Shown: positions 1 to 8,435 of the stretch, piece after piece
How the letters are laid out: each line of letters begins with the position of its first letter
How positions within the stretch are numbered: position 1 is the first letter of the stretch
IMG/VR virus record: IMGVR_UViG_3300020576_005257
Location: 96,001 to 160,000 of that record
DNA from: a virus
Taxonomy: Duplodnaviria > Caudoviricetes
DNA: 64,000 nucleotides
Strand: one strand, 5' to 3'
The notes under the pieces: generated by a model
The model's database searches: none
Told to the model about the DNA's origin: nothing
What the model saw: only the letters and a program-made list of their open reading frames with translations
Position numbers and translations under genes: made by a program

Positions 1-52
1 GTAGATCCACCCAAGCAACCGTTTTGGAAGAATTTGATCAGGATAAATAATT

Positions 53-457
53 ATGAATTATCGTGCAGAGTATGAATTAAAAGATGGTTTAACTGTACTT
101 ATACAATATAGACAAGAAGGCCAGTTTTCAATATCTAGACAAACTCCCTATCGCTACGCAAGTCACTTGAATTTTAATGAATGTCAACAAGAAGGCTTAA
201 CAGTAACTATTGGTGAGCTTGGTAGATGGGATCAAGAATCTAGAACCTATCTAGAGATAGATCCAGAAGTTAGTTTTGTTCCTTATCTGGAAGAATTGAT
301 TGGTATTATTCTAGCTAATCCAGAATGGGTTGAAGCTATGGCTAAATGGAAAAAGAATGCTTTAAAAAGACTAGAATCTAGAATTCCACAATTAGAAAAT
401 GAGTTAGAGCTAGCAAAAAGAAGAGAAACAAATTTAAAAGGATGTAACTGGTTTTAA
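53..457 (+). CDS. hypothetical protein with C-terminal coiled coil
   Basis: 134-aa ORF; TAATG stop/start overlap with the next gene. Confidence 0.7.
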   Translation: MNYRAEYELKDGLTVLIQYRQEGQFSISRQTPYRYASHLNFNECQQEGLTVTIGELGRWDQESRTYLEIDPEVSFVPYLEELIGIILANPEWVEAMAKWKKNALKRLESRIPQLENELELAKRRETNLKGCNWF

Positions 458-1323
458 TGAGATTAGATTCACAGATAGATAGATCAGTCAACTTTGTTGA
501 GCAACAGATGGAAGGCTTTTTAGAGTCTAGATATGTGAGGAAGAAAGATGATTATTTTATCTGTTATTTATCTAGTCAGTCAGGTTGCAATCGTGGCTGT
601 AGATTTTGCTGGCTTTCTGCAACTAAGCAAACTAAACTCGAAGATGCATCTCACATTGAATACTTAGAACAAGCAAGTGAAGTATTAAAACATTACAAAC
701 AATCTGATCATCCTGCTAAAATTATTCATTATAACTTTATGGCTAGAGGAGAGGTACTGGAAAATAAGAATATTTTAAAGGATGCTGATTCTATACTATA
801 TGATTTGGGTAAGTTAGCTATGGCTTATGATTCTAATTTATCTGTAAAATATAATATCTCTACAATTATACCTAGGACCTTTGATAAAGAGTTAACAGAA
901 GTCTTTAAAATTATTCATCCTACCATTTACTATTCTTTATATTCAGTAAATCCTGATTTTAGAAAGAAGTGGATTCCTAATGGTTTAGATGTTGATTCTG
1001 CTTTACAAAAACTAAAAAACTATCAGTTATATAGTAAGAAAAAGATTAAGATCCACCATTGCTTTATTGAAGGCGAAAATGATAGTATTGAAGATCTAGA
1101 AAGAATCATAGATGCTATTAGTAAGTATAAACTAGACTGTGAGTTTAATTTAGTAAGATACAACCCTTATTCAGAAGAATATGGAAAGGAATCCTCAATT
1201 GAAGTAATCCAAAGAAACATGGATTACATTTCAAATATGTGGCCCTCCTTCCAGAATAAAACACAAGTTATTGAAAGAGTAGGAACTGATGTTTATGCAT
1301 CATGTGGGACATTTGTACAATGA
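457..1323 (+). CDS. RlmN/Cfr-like radical SAM enzyme (lacks the RlmN N-terminal domain)
   Basis: SSQSGCNRGCRFC (CxxxCxxC), FMARGE (cf. MGMGEP), FNLVRYNP, C-terminal ASCG (cf. RlmN AACG). Confidence 0.85.
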   Translation: MRLDSQIDRSVNFVEQQMEGFLESRYVRKKDDYFICYLSSQSGCNRGCRFCWLSATKQTKLEDASHIEYLEQASEVLKHYKQSDHPAKIIHYNFMARGEVLENKNILKDADSILYDLGKLAMAYDSNLSVKYNISTIIPRTFDKELTEVFKIIHPTIYYSLYSVNPDFRKKWIPNGLDVDSALQKLKNYQLYSKKKIKIHHCFIEGENDSIEDLERIIDAISKYKLDCEFNLVRYNPYSEEYGKESSIEVIQRNMDYISNMWPSFQNKTQVIERVGTDVYASCGTFVQ

Positions 1324-1442
1324 GACAAAGAAAACAAATTATTAATAAAGAACAACATTATTGGAATGTTAAGAACTCTAAAAAGAAACAAAATTCTAAG
1401 CAGGAATCTAAACCACAAAAAGAAGAAAAACAAGATGACTGA
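1320..1442 (+). CDS. small charged hypothetical protein (40 aa, not in ORF track)
   Basis: ATGA overlap with the radical SAM stop; reads MRQRKQIINKEQHYWNVKN...KQDD*; fills the gap up to the ATG at 1435. Confidence 0.45.
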   Translation: MRQRKQIINKEQHYWNVKNSKKKQNSKQESKPQKEEKQDD

Positions 1443-1671
1443 ACTCTATAAAGCTTTAGATAAATTTTCTGAGACAATTAGTAGCCTTGCTGGGAGTATT
1501 GTCATACTATCGTCAGCATCCAAAACTAATTCTAAAACCATTGTGCAGCTAGAAAAAAGAATTAGAGAACTAGAAGAACGATTACACTATTTTGAAAAAA
1601 TGATTACTATTCCGAGACAAGCACCACTATTTAATCATGGTACTACCATACCAGATTATCCATCAGAATAA
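1435..1671 (+). CDS. hypothetical coiled-coil protein
   Basis: ORF track gives 1366..1671; MTELYK start at 1435 preferred because the 1320..1442 ORF occupies the upstream part. Confidence 0.55.
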   Translation: MTELYKALDKFSETISSLAGSIVILSSASKTNSKTIVQLEKRIRELEERLHYFEKMITIPRQAPLFNHGTTIPDYPSE

Positions 1672-2245
1672 TTTTGTAGCTATTAAAATAAATCCAGTAG
1701 CTTATGAAATAAAAATATTTAGAAAAAAGCTTTCTAAATTATCTAATTTTGCTATAAATAGTAATTACTATTGGAACAATAATCCAATTGGTCTGTTAAA
1801 AGATTATACTCTTTTTCCTTATATTGACAAATATAGTAATATACGTCCTGTCTTTCTTATAACTGAAAAAGGAGTGCCTTCTTTAAAGGTACTTTCAAAT
1901 GCATCTATGTTGTCTGATTATAGTTTAGCTAGTCAGGCAGGACCTTGGTTAATTAATGCTGGTAAAATTGTTTATCCACTTTCTTTAAAAGAAGGACACT
2001 TTCAATTAGATGTTAGTAGAGTAACCAAGCATACTGCTCTTGGTATTACTGAATTTGGGAAAATTATACTTTACTATAACAGCAACACTAGTTTAAGTAA
2101 TATGGCTTTTGATTTACAAAAATTAGGTTGCACTTATGCTATGAATATGGATGGTGGAAGTTCTAGTAGCTTAAAAGTTAACTCTAAACAGTTTGGAAAT
2201 CCTTATCCTCATTATGGTATTGAATTTTTTGTAAAAAAGAAATGA
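1637..2245 (+). CDS. phosphodiester glycosidase (NAGPA-like) family protein
   Basis: QAGPWLI, HTALGIT, LGCTYAMNMDGGSSS signature. Confidence 0.8.
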   Translation: MVLPYQIIHQNNFVAIKINPVAYEIKIFRKKLSKLSNFAINSNYYWNNNPIGLLKDYTLFPYIDKYSNIRPVFLITEKGVPSLKVLSNASMLSDYSLASQAGPWLINAGKIVYPLSLKEGHFQLDVSRVTKHTALGITEFGKIILYYNSNTSLSNMAFDLQKLGCTYAMNMDGGSSSSLKVNSKQFGNPYPHYGIEFFVKKK

Positions 2246-2338
2246 TTACAAAGCTTTACAATAAAAAACATTAATTGATTGAGCACTTTTAGTGGTTTCA
2301 ATCGTCTTTATTTATAGGAGGTCTTTGACCACACTATT

Positions 2339-2635
2339 ATGCAATGCAATGAAAATAATCGAGATGGAGTTGAGTACTACGCGAGAGTAAGGTACACAAA
2401 TACCATTGTTGAAGAATGTGAAGTTCTGGTGCCTGTTTCTAATCTTACAGGGTATATGGCACATGAGGTACTAGAAGCCTGTGAAAGGGCAGCAGAGAAC
2501 CACAAAGCCGTAATAATTGAAAGCCCTAGTGACTTTAAATTACAGTCTACGAAAATTACTCAAAAAGTAGCTGGTTTTATGCCAGTTAACTCGAATGGGG
2601 AAGTTTTATCCGAAGACTACTATGAAGTAAGTTGA
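2339..2635 (+). CDS. hypothetical protein
   Basis: 98-aa ORF in the + strand block. Confidence 0.6.
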   Translation: MQCNENNRDGVEYYARVRYTNTIVEECEVLVPVSNLTGYMAHEVLEACERAAENHKAVIIESPSDFKLQSTKITQKVAGFMPVNSNGEVLSEDYYEVS

Positions 2636-2961
2636 TTAAACCTTTACTAGGATTACACTTTACTGCTGATGTACATAGTTACATCAGCAGTACTTCTTTT
2701 ACTCACAATTGGTCTGTTGAGGCAACAATAAACAGAATCAAGTCAGAAAATCCCGATACATTATTTCTTGCAACCTATTTTAAATCTAATGGTAAGTTTA
2801 TGGTTTACCATTCTAAAAAACCTGAATTTGAGGGAATGTACGCTTTAACTAAACTTGGAATACCTATGATGGTAGAACCAATTAAATGTGATAGTGTTTC
2901 ACCCACTTTTCATTATGATGATCTTGTAGATCGTTATATTTATTTGGTGTCTTATGTTTGA
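2632..2961 (+). CDS. hypothetical protein
   Basis: 109-aa ORF overlapping both neighbours by a few nt. Confidence 0.6.
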   Translation: MIKPLLGLHFTADVHSYISSTSFTHNWSVEATINRIKSENPDTLFLATYFKSNGKFMVYHSKKPEFEGMYALTKLGIPMMVEPIKCDSVSPTFHYDDLVDRYIYLVSYV

Positions 2962-3250
2962 AATAATTGAATTAGTCGGTAATAAATTGAAGAATGTTTT
3001 TTTTTCTCTGTTAGGAATTAAGCCTGTTAAAGAGATCGTAGTAGAAGTAGTTGAATGTATTGCTGAAACAGTAGTTGAAGTCTCTAATATTGTCTTAGCC
3101 AGTATTTTATTTATAAAGGAATCTATTAAAGATTTCAAGACTGGGAATATTGGAGAGTTGTGTGATTATTACTCTTATTGTGTACAAGAATCTTGTCCAG
3201 CTCTTTCTCAGTCATTATTTAGATTTAACTTATATAGAGTTGCCGTGTAA
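2954..3250 (+). CDS. hypothetical protein
   Basis: 98-aa ORF, last gene of the + strand block. Confidence 0.55.
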   Translation: MFEIIELVGNKLKNVFFSLLGIKPVKEIVVEVVECIAETVVEVSNIVLASILFIKESIKDFKTGNIGELCDYYSYCVQESCPALSQSLFRFNLYRVAV

Positions 3251-3254
3251 ATAA

Positions 3255-3286
3255 ATATAGATGGCCCTATTTAGAACCATCTATAT
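3255..3286. terminator. 10-bp perfect inverted repeat between convergent genes (possible bidirectional terminator)
   Basis: ATATAGATGG-N12-CCATCTATAT at the strand switch; no clear U-tract. Confidence 0.45.
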
Positions 3287-3307
3287 CGTAAGCTACAAGT
3301 ATTTAAC

Positions 3308-3676
3308 TTAGCTTGTCTCTAGAGAGAGTGACAAATCACAAGTTACTCCTCGTACATTGTTCACTCTAACTTTCCAAGGCTTTACAAAGCTACTCAACTT
3401 ACCGCTGCCCAAGTCTTGTTCTAAGACTGTTAAATCAGTACCATCAAGGACTAATTTAACTTTACCCCGAAATTCTCCATTGGAGACCGATACATAGACC
3501 GACATGTCAAACGGGCCAGGAATCTTTTGTACTTTCTGCAAGCTAAGACCATTTGTCTTAGACAAGGTATAAGTCTCATTCAATTCTGTTTTTACAGTTC
3601 GATTCCAACTAAACGGACCGATGCGATCTCTGAACTTAACAGAAACTGGTCCCACTACTTTAACCTTAATAACCAT
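3308..3676 (-). CDS. hypothetical beta-rich protein
   Basis: 122-aa ORF with AAGGGAG Shine-Dalgarno. Confidence 0.75.
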   Translation of the reverse strand: MVIKVKVVGPVSVKFRDRIGPFSWNRTVKTELNETYTLSKTNGLSLQKVQKIPGPFDMSVYVSVSNGEFRGKVKLVLDGTDLTVLEQDLGSGKLSSFVKPWKVRVNNVRGVTCDLSLSLETS

Positions 3677-3693
3677 GTTTGTATCTCCCTTAT

Positions 3694-4299
3694 TTAAATA
3701 GAGGTGTCTGGACGAAGAAACGCAGATAATTTAGATTTTAGATTTCTGGAAATTTTTACTCCTTTCTCTCCGTTTAATATTTTCTCTACAACAACTTGAT
3801 CTTCTTCACTTAAAGTCGTAAGAAATATATTTAAATACGTATCTTCATGTATGGTCGTTGATTGCTGGAGAGTATCATAGTCTGTATGAATTGTGGGGGT
3901 TGCTTCTTTTGTTGCAGTTGTGATCTCTTCTTTAAAGCAATATAAGATTGTTGATGCTAAATTCTTTTCACATTTATTTATGGCCTCTAACACTGCCACT
4001 TGTCCCAATAAAAATAACTTATCTTTTAAATGCTTTTTATCAGGATGTGATAATTTTAGTTTTAACCTCATTCCTGCACTTTGTATAGATTCATCTTTAG
4101 TAGCAAATAAACGTACAAAAGTCTTCTGGTGTGGGGTAAAGGGTTTCCCATTAAGGCAAACGTTCACAAGGGCCGCTACGAGGCTCTGAAACATGTACAA
4201 TAACCTATTACGAGCAACCATGTCCCCTGCCTTGGCCTTTTCCAGTAGATCTGGAATAGTCAAGGGGTCAAATCTTTCTGTTCGTGGATTTTTCCTCAT
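3694..4299 (-). CDS. RNA polymerase sigma-70-family-like protein, region 4 apparently truncated
   Basis: LLEKAKAGDMVARNRLLYMFQSLV (region 1.2/2.1 of SigF/G-type sigmas), LFLLGQVAVLEAINK (region 2.2), FLTTLSEEDQVVV (start of region 4). Confidence 0.6.
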   Translation of the reverse strand: MRKNPRTERFDPLTIPDLLEKAKAGDMVARNRLLYMFQSLVAALVNVCLNGKPFTPHQKTFVRLFATKDESIQSAGMRLKLKLSHPDKKHLKDKLFLLGQVAVLEAINKCEKNLASTILYCFKEEITTATKEATPTIHTDYDTLQQSTTIHEDTYLNIFLTTLSEEDQVVVEKILNGEKGVKISRNLKSKLSAFLRPDTSI

Positions 4300-5450
4300 T
4301 ATTTTCTTCTAGTAAATCTCTTTTTCTGAGTCCCCCTTCTTGGGAATTGGTCTTTAGTTTCTCGTTTATGTTCTCGATACAGATTTCTGTTTTCTGTTCT
4401 ATCTTCCTCAGTGAAAGTTGGTTTGATATGAAATGAGGATTCTACACTGTAAGGAACCAATATTCTTACTTCATTATTAATAAGTCTTCTAAGCTCTGGT
4501 ACAACTTTCTTACCATTCAAAATAGCATCAACTGACTCATTAACATTATGATGAACTGCTACTTCATCAAATGCGTTAATTTCTACAACACAATCAAAGG
4601 GTGGTTGAAACTCCCGTTCTAATGCAGTTTTCTGGCATCCCCGTGCTCTCGCAGTATCATCACTCAAAGTGACTTTATTAATACCACCCACCATAGATGC
4701 AAGAGATTTGTTCTGAATTAAATCATTCAATGTGTGACCATGTACTGTAGCAAGTATTTGAACACCCCGTTGAGCAATAGTTTGAGCAGCCAGACCCTCT
4801 TCTGATGTAGATACTTCGTCAATAATGATTGTATGTGGGTTATGGTTCTCTACAGCTTCAATCATTACATCATGCTGAGCTTTGGTTTTAGGAACCTGTA
4901 GCCTTCTGCTTCGACCGACAGCCCTATGAGGGACGTTACCCTCACCAGCAATTTCGTTGCTGGTGTCAACGATTACTACTCTTTTCAATAATTCTGAGGA
5001 TAGAATGTTAGAAGCCTCTCTTAAAATCGAAGTTTTTCCTCGGCCTGGAGGTCCGATTAGTAAGATGTTTTTCTTATCTTCTAAAAGATCTGCAATCAGA
5101 ATAGCATTACCCACATAAGGTTTACCAATTCTAATAGTCATACCAACTATGTCTAAATTCTTGTTTTGAATAACGCTGATACGATGTAAGGTTTCATTTA
5201 AGCCACACCTATTATCAACTCCTGGTTCACTCATTTCATTTAAAATTTCTTCAATTAAATATTCTGTTCCAATAGTTTTTAGTTCTATGAAACTATCATC
5301 TGAAAATCTTAATTCAACAGGTCGTTGTAAATCTACTACAATCTCAATAAGGTTGTCAGGATCTACAATGTAGTCAGTAATGGAAGAGGGAAGGCTGTGC
5401 AGTAAGACGTTGAAATCATTCGTCACTGCGTTTAACTTAGAAGTCATCAT
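4299..5450 (-). CDS. Ycf45/SpoIIIAA-family AAA ATPase
   Basis: LHRISVI, GPPGRGKTSILRE (Walker A), VVIVDTSNEIAGEG, MIEAVENHNPHTIIIDE (Walker B), ATVHG; ATG 5450 has an AAGGA SD (track start 5495). Confidence 0.88.
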   Translation of the reverse strand: MMTSKLNAVTNDFNVLLHSLPSSITDYIVDPDNLIEIVVDLQRPVELRFSDDSFIELKTIGTEYLIEEILNEMSEPGVDNRCGLNETLHRISVIQNKNLDIVGMTIRIGKPYVGNAILIADLLEDKKNILLIGPPGRGKTSILREASNILSSELLKRVVIVDTSNEIAGEGNVPHRAVGRSRRLQVPKTKAQHDVMIEAVENHNPHTIIIDEVSTSEEGLAAQTIAQRGVQILATVHGHTLNDLIQNKSLASMVGGINKVTLSDDTARARGCQKTALEREFQPPFDCVVEINAFDEVAVHHNVNESVDAILNGKKVVPELRRLINNEVRILVPYSVESSFHIKPTFTEEDRTENRNLYREHKRETKDQFPRRGTQKKRFTRRK

Positions 5451-5460
5451 GGATAATCCT

Positions 5461-5494
5461 TGAAAGACGCAGATGATCTTTCGATCACCTTTCA
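5461..5494 (-). promoter_or_regulatory. GAAA-tetraloop hairpin in the 5' leader of the Ycf45-like gene
   Basis: minus-strand AGGUGAUC-GAAA-GAUCAUCU (5490-5471), with alternative outer pairing UGAAAG/CUUUCA, directly upstream of the SD. Confidence 0.5.
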
Positions 5495-5511
5495 TAGATA
5501 ATAGGGAGGTT

Positions 5512-6384
5512 TTAGTTATCCAAATGAAGAGTTCTGTTAGCTAAATTTAAAGACTGAACTGTTAAATTAGTAAAGGGTAAAACCTCTCTAATCCAAGCAA
5601 AAACAGTATTCTTGTCAGCATTAAAAAATGCTTGCTCCATTAACTTGTTATCATAATAGTATTTATCCTTTTTAGCGGCAAATTTATTCTCAAATAATTC
5701 TTTACTAACTCCACAGAAATACATAAAGGATCTTACTGGTATAAATACCTTATCTGCAATAAGAGTCCCCTGAATAGTTTCTTTAGATCCAGCTTTAGTG
5801 ATTGTAATCGGTATTGCTAGATTTGTCAGTGTGATTGGTGTGGGTGTACTGGAGGAACTGGTTTGTTTGATTAAATCCAAAACCCACGTTTTATTGACTT
5901 TAGTGCCTGGACAGGTTTTACTTGTTTTAGGATCTTCCCTATGAAAAAGAATAGTCTTTTCAGTGGGAACAATTCCCGCCCACTCACAAAGCACATTTAC
6001 AAGCTTAGCACACTCAGTCCAACAAGCAAGCCCCCTTCCAGATTTAGGGTCTTCTGAGTCATAATCTCCTAGTGTTTCAATACCAAGAGCAAAGGAGTTA
6101 AAACTAGCAGCATGAATTCCTTTCTCAGTAACAGGCGTCATACCAAAAATCTGATCTTCGTCAACGAAGAAGTGTGGTCCCCGATCCCAATGTTTCTTAT
6201 TAATATAGAAGTCTCTAATATTAATAATATGTTGCAAAGTAAACCCCTTTGGCCTTTGGGTCAAAGAGGGAGCAGCAGTGTGATGAATAGTAATCGCCTT
6301 AAACCACTTGGGAACTGGAACCTTCTTTAACTCTTCTCTTAGAGTTTCAGGGGTCCATACCTTACCTACTGCTTTATAACTCAT
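5512..6384 (-). CDS. N-acetylmuramoyl-L-alanine amidase (Amidase_2), probable endolysin, with C-terminal binding domain
   Basis: IHHTA, PHFFVD, GIHAASFN, LGIE, FHRE, KTCPG motifs; Ser/Thr/Pro linker; C-terminus resembles a copper-amine-oxidase N-terminal-type domain (VFIPVRSF, VFAWIREV). Confidence 0.88.
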   Translation of the reverse strand: MSYKAVGKVWTPETLREELKKVPVPKWFKAITIHHTAAPSLTQRPKGFTLQHIINIRDFYINKKHWDRGPHFFVDEDQIFGMTPVTEKGIHAASFNSFALGIETLGDYDSEDPKSGRGLACWTECAKLVNVLCEWAGIVPTEKTILFHREDPKTSKTCPGTKVNKTWVLDLIKQTSSSSTPTPITLTNLAIPITITKAGSKETIQGTLIADKVFIPVRSFMYFCGVSKELFENKFAAKKDKYYYDNKLMEQAFFNADKNTVFAWIREVLPFTNLTVQSLNLANRTLHLDN

Positions 6385-6954
6385 TTAAATAAGCACCTGA
6401 TCTGTTGATTCGGTGGATTGTTCAGGAGAAAGCAGAGCAACCATCAAACAAACCATTCTCTTCTCAGCAATGGTCGGCTCAAAAGGCAACCCTGATCTCA
6501 TGATCTTACCTTTTGCCCCAGTCTTCTCAAGGAATCCTTCTACCTGAATGTTAATCTGATCGGATGCTCTGATAATCTGGAGGAATAACTGGCTGTCAGG
6601 AAGCTTACCAGTATATTCAGCATCTACACCTTCAAGCTCTTCGGTGGAAATTTCTTTTACTGGAATTGACATACAGAACTTATTAAATTCTGTGTTGGAA
6701 GTTTCCCAATCACTTCCACCTGGATCCACAAAGTCCTCAGGAAGAGAAAGGTTTTGCACTACACTGTAAACATCGTCGAAGATAGCTGAATGTGCTCTAA
6801 TTAAACACACAGGATCTTTGCCCAGAATGGTGTTAAGAATAATGTTTTGAAATTCTTTGGTAAGAACCGCAACTCTCTCTTCCTGGGTCATCTTAGTAAG
6901 TTCGTAATTTTCCACTCTTTCTTGGATTGTCATAGTTTTAGTTAGTTTCCTCAT
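6385..6954 (-). CDS. hypothetical protein
   Basis: 189-aa ORF; start may be ATG 6933. Confidence 0.7.
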   Translation of the reverse strand: MRKLTKTMTIQERVENYELTKMTQEERVAVLTKEFQNIILNTILGKDPVCLIRAHSAIFDDVYSVVQNLSLPEDFVDPGGSDWETSNTEFNKFCMSIPVKEISTEELEGVDAEYTGKLPDSQLFLQIIRASDQINIQVEGFLEKTGAKGKIMRSGLPFEPTIAEKRMVCLMVALLSPEQSTESTDQVLI

Positions 6955-7150
6955 TCACAATAATATTGATGGTTCCAGTCTGTTGGTTCAGAGGGTTATC
7001 ATCAATCTTAAAATCGTATCCTTTTCCTTTCTTCAAATTCTTAGTGCCAGTATTAAGAATTTTCAATTCCTTGGCTCTTTCAATTTGATCTTCAAGTTCA
7101 GTAATGTTGTGGATTTTTCCATCCTTTCCTTCAAATTCAATATGTTCCAT
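6938..7150 (-). CDS. hypothetical protein
   Basis: 70-aa ORF preceded by the ACACTA motif. Confidence 0.65.
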   Translation of the reverse strand: MEHIEFEGKDGKIHNITELEDQIERAKELKILNTGTKNLKKGKGYDFKIDDNPLNQQTGTINIIVNEETN

Positions 7151-7160
7151 ATTCGTTTTA

Positions 7161-7166
7161 TAGTGT
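7161..7166 (-). promoter_or_regulatory. ACACTA putative promoter motif
   Basis: 10 nt upstream of ATG 7150; recurs in other gaps. Confidence 0.5.
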
Positions 7167-7615
7167 TATTGCCAAGAAGATATTTTTTTCGTCTGAGAAA
7201 AATCAGGTTTCAATTCTCCTTCAAATATACTGTAAATTGGTGGATTATTTTTAGTGACTGTAACTGTCAATCTTAGAGTACCTAACTTACTTTTAGAATC
7301 AATGCTTTGTAAGACAAACAAAGCTTCTTTTTCCATTTGAGTTTGAATGATTCCAACAAGATTAATAAACTCTTTATAATGTTCACCCATAAAAACTACT
7401 GAATATTTATCATTTAAAATATCTGAGTTATTAGTTACAGGATCAAAAACAGGAGTCACAAATACTGGACTTTTAATTCCACTGATAAGAGGATCATCAA
7501 AATTCAAAATAGATTGAAGCTTTCTTTTTGGACCCCATCCCCCATCTACTTCAAAATGACCTACCCAAGAGTAAGGTTTAATGTGTTTAGTAAAATATTT
7601 ATTCATTAGACGCAA
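7166..7615 (-). CDS. hypothetical protein
   Basis: 149-aa ORF tiling the operon. Confidence 0.65.
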   Translation of the reverse strand: MRLMNKYFTKHIKPYSWVGHFEVDGGWGPKRKLQSILNFDDPLISGIKSPVFVTPVFDPVTNNSDILNDKYSVVFMGEHYKEFINLVGIIQTQMEKEALFVLQSIDSKSKLGTLRLTVTVTKNNPPIYSIFEGELKPDFSQTKKISSWQ

Positions 7616-7827
7616 ATCACAATATCATCATTCAATTGAATTAATTTATGTGCTTTCTTAGTTCCTTTATGGAAGTTAAGATAATACCTATATTCAATGT
7701 AAGCAGAAGTTCTCATTTTCCACTCTTTTTCAGCAAGCTTATTTCTTTGAGTAATTTTCTTGGTTTGACCAAGATTAATTAAACCCAATGGGAATTTTAA
7801 GTATTGAGACGATTCTTCCATTTCCAA
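7606..7827 (-). CDS. small basic hypothetical protein
   Basis: fills the gap between neighbours; true start probably downstream of 7797. Confidence 0.45.
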   Translation of the reverse strand: MEMEESSQYLKFPLGLINLGQTKKITQRNKLAEKEWKMRTSAYIEYRYYLNFHKGTKKAHKLIQLNDDIVICV

Positions 7828-8423
7828 ATCTTCAATGCTGAGAGAAAAATATCAAAAATGACTTCCTGATCATTTTTAGATACTTCTTCCTCCTCCCATT
7901 GTCCTGTAATTTTATTAAGCTTTACAATAAACAATTTACAATTACTTAACTGGAAATTGGGGGGAAGTGAATCTTGTTCTGAGACTACTTTATCACAACC
8001 AGCATATGCACAAATTTGTAGATAATGGTCGTCTTGGATTTTTTTAGATGTTTTAAATTCTAAGATAGCATAAGTACCATCTTTAAGTTCAGCTATGGCA
8101 TCTAGGGCTCCGTGGTATTTGTGTTTAGTGGATATGATTTCTACATCTCTACAAATCCATCTTTTAACGTTTTTAGACACCCATTCATCAAAACTAGTAA
8201 TGATGGGCTGAATCTCCACAGGAGCAGCTGTAGCTATCCCACCAATAGATTCAGAGACACTGGTATGAACTGATTTACCGAAATCAGAAGATTGTTGTCT
8301 TTCTTTATCAGCAACTTCTTTACCAACCCTATTAACATATTTTTCAATATAAGGTTTTGCAATAACAGCAAGCACGGCTGATACAGAAGGGTACTGTTTA
8401 TAGTTTGTTTTTGTGTACATCAA
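7797..8423 (-). CDS. PD-(D/E)XK superfamily exonuclease-like protein
   Basis: YPSVSAVL, GKSVH, YHGALDAI, ILEFKTS, LQICAYA. Confidence 0.85.
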   Translation of the reverse strand: MMYTKTNYKQYPSVSAVLAVIAKPYIEKYVNRVGKEVADKERQQSSDFGKSVHTSVSESIGGIATAAPVEIQPIITSFDEWVSKNVKRWICRDVEIISTKHKYHGALDAIAELKDGTYAILEFKTSKKIQDDHYLQICAYAGCDKVVSEQDSLPPNFQLSNCKLFIVKLNKITGQWEEEEVSKNDQEVIFDIFLSALKIWKWKNRLNT

Positions 8424-8427
8424 TGTA

Positions 8428-8433
8428 TAGTGT
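8428..8433 (-). promoter_or_regulatory. ACACTA putative promoter motif
   Basis: 7 nt upstream of nuclease ATG 8420; no SD. Confidence 0.5.
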
Positions 8434-8435
8434 AA

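Noticed and set aside
2899-3138. Minus-strand 79-aa ORF
   Set aside because: Antisense to two tiled + strand genes
5461-5494. Known riboswitch or ribozyme at the GAAA hairpin
   Set aside because: Too short and lacks a consensus I recognise; kept only as a leader hairpin (an Rfam scan would settle it)
7797-8423. Cas4 / CRISPR system
   Set aside because: No four-Cys Fe-S motif, no other cas genes and no repeat-spacer array seen; it is a generic PD-(D/E)XK nuclease
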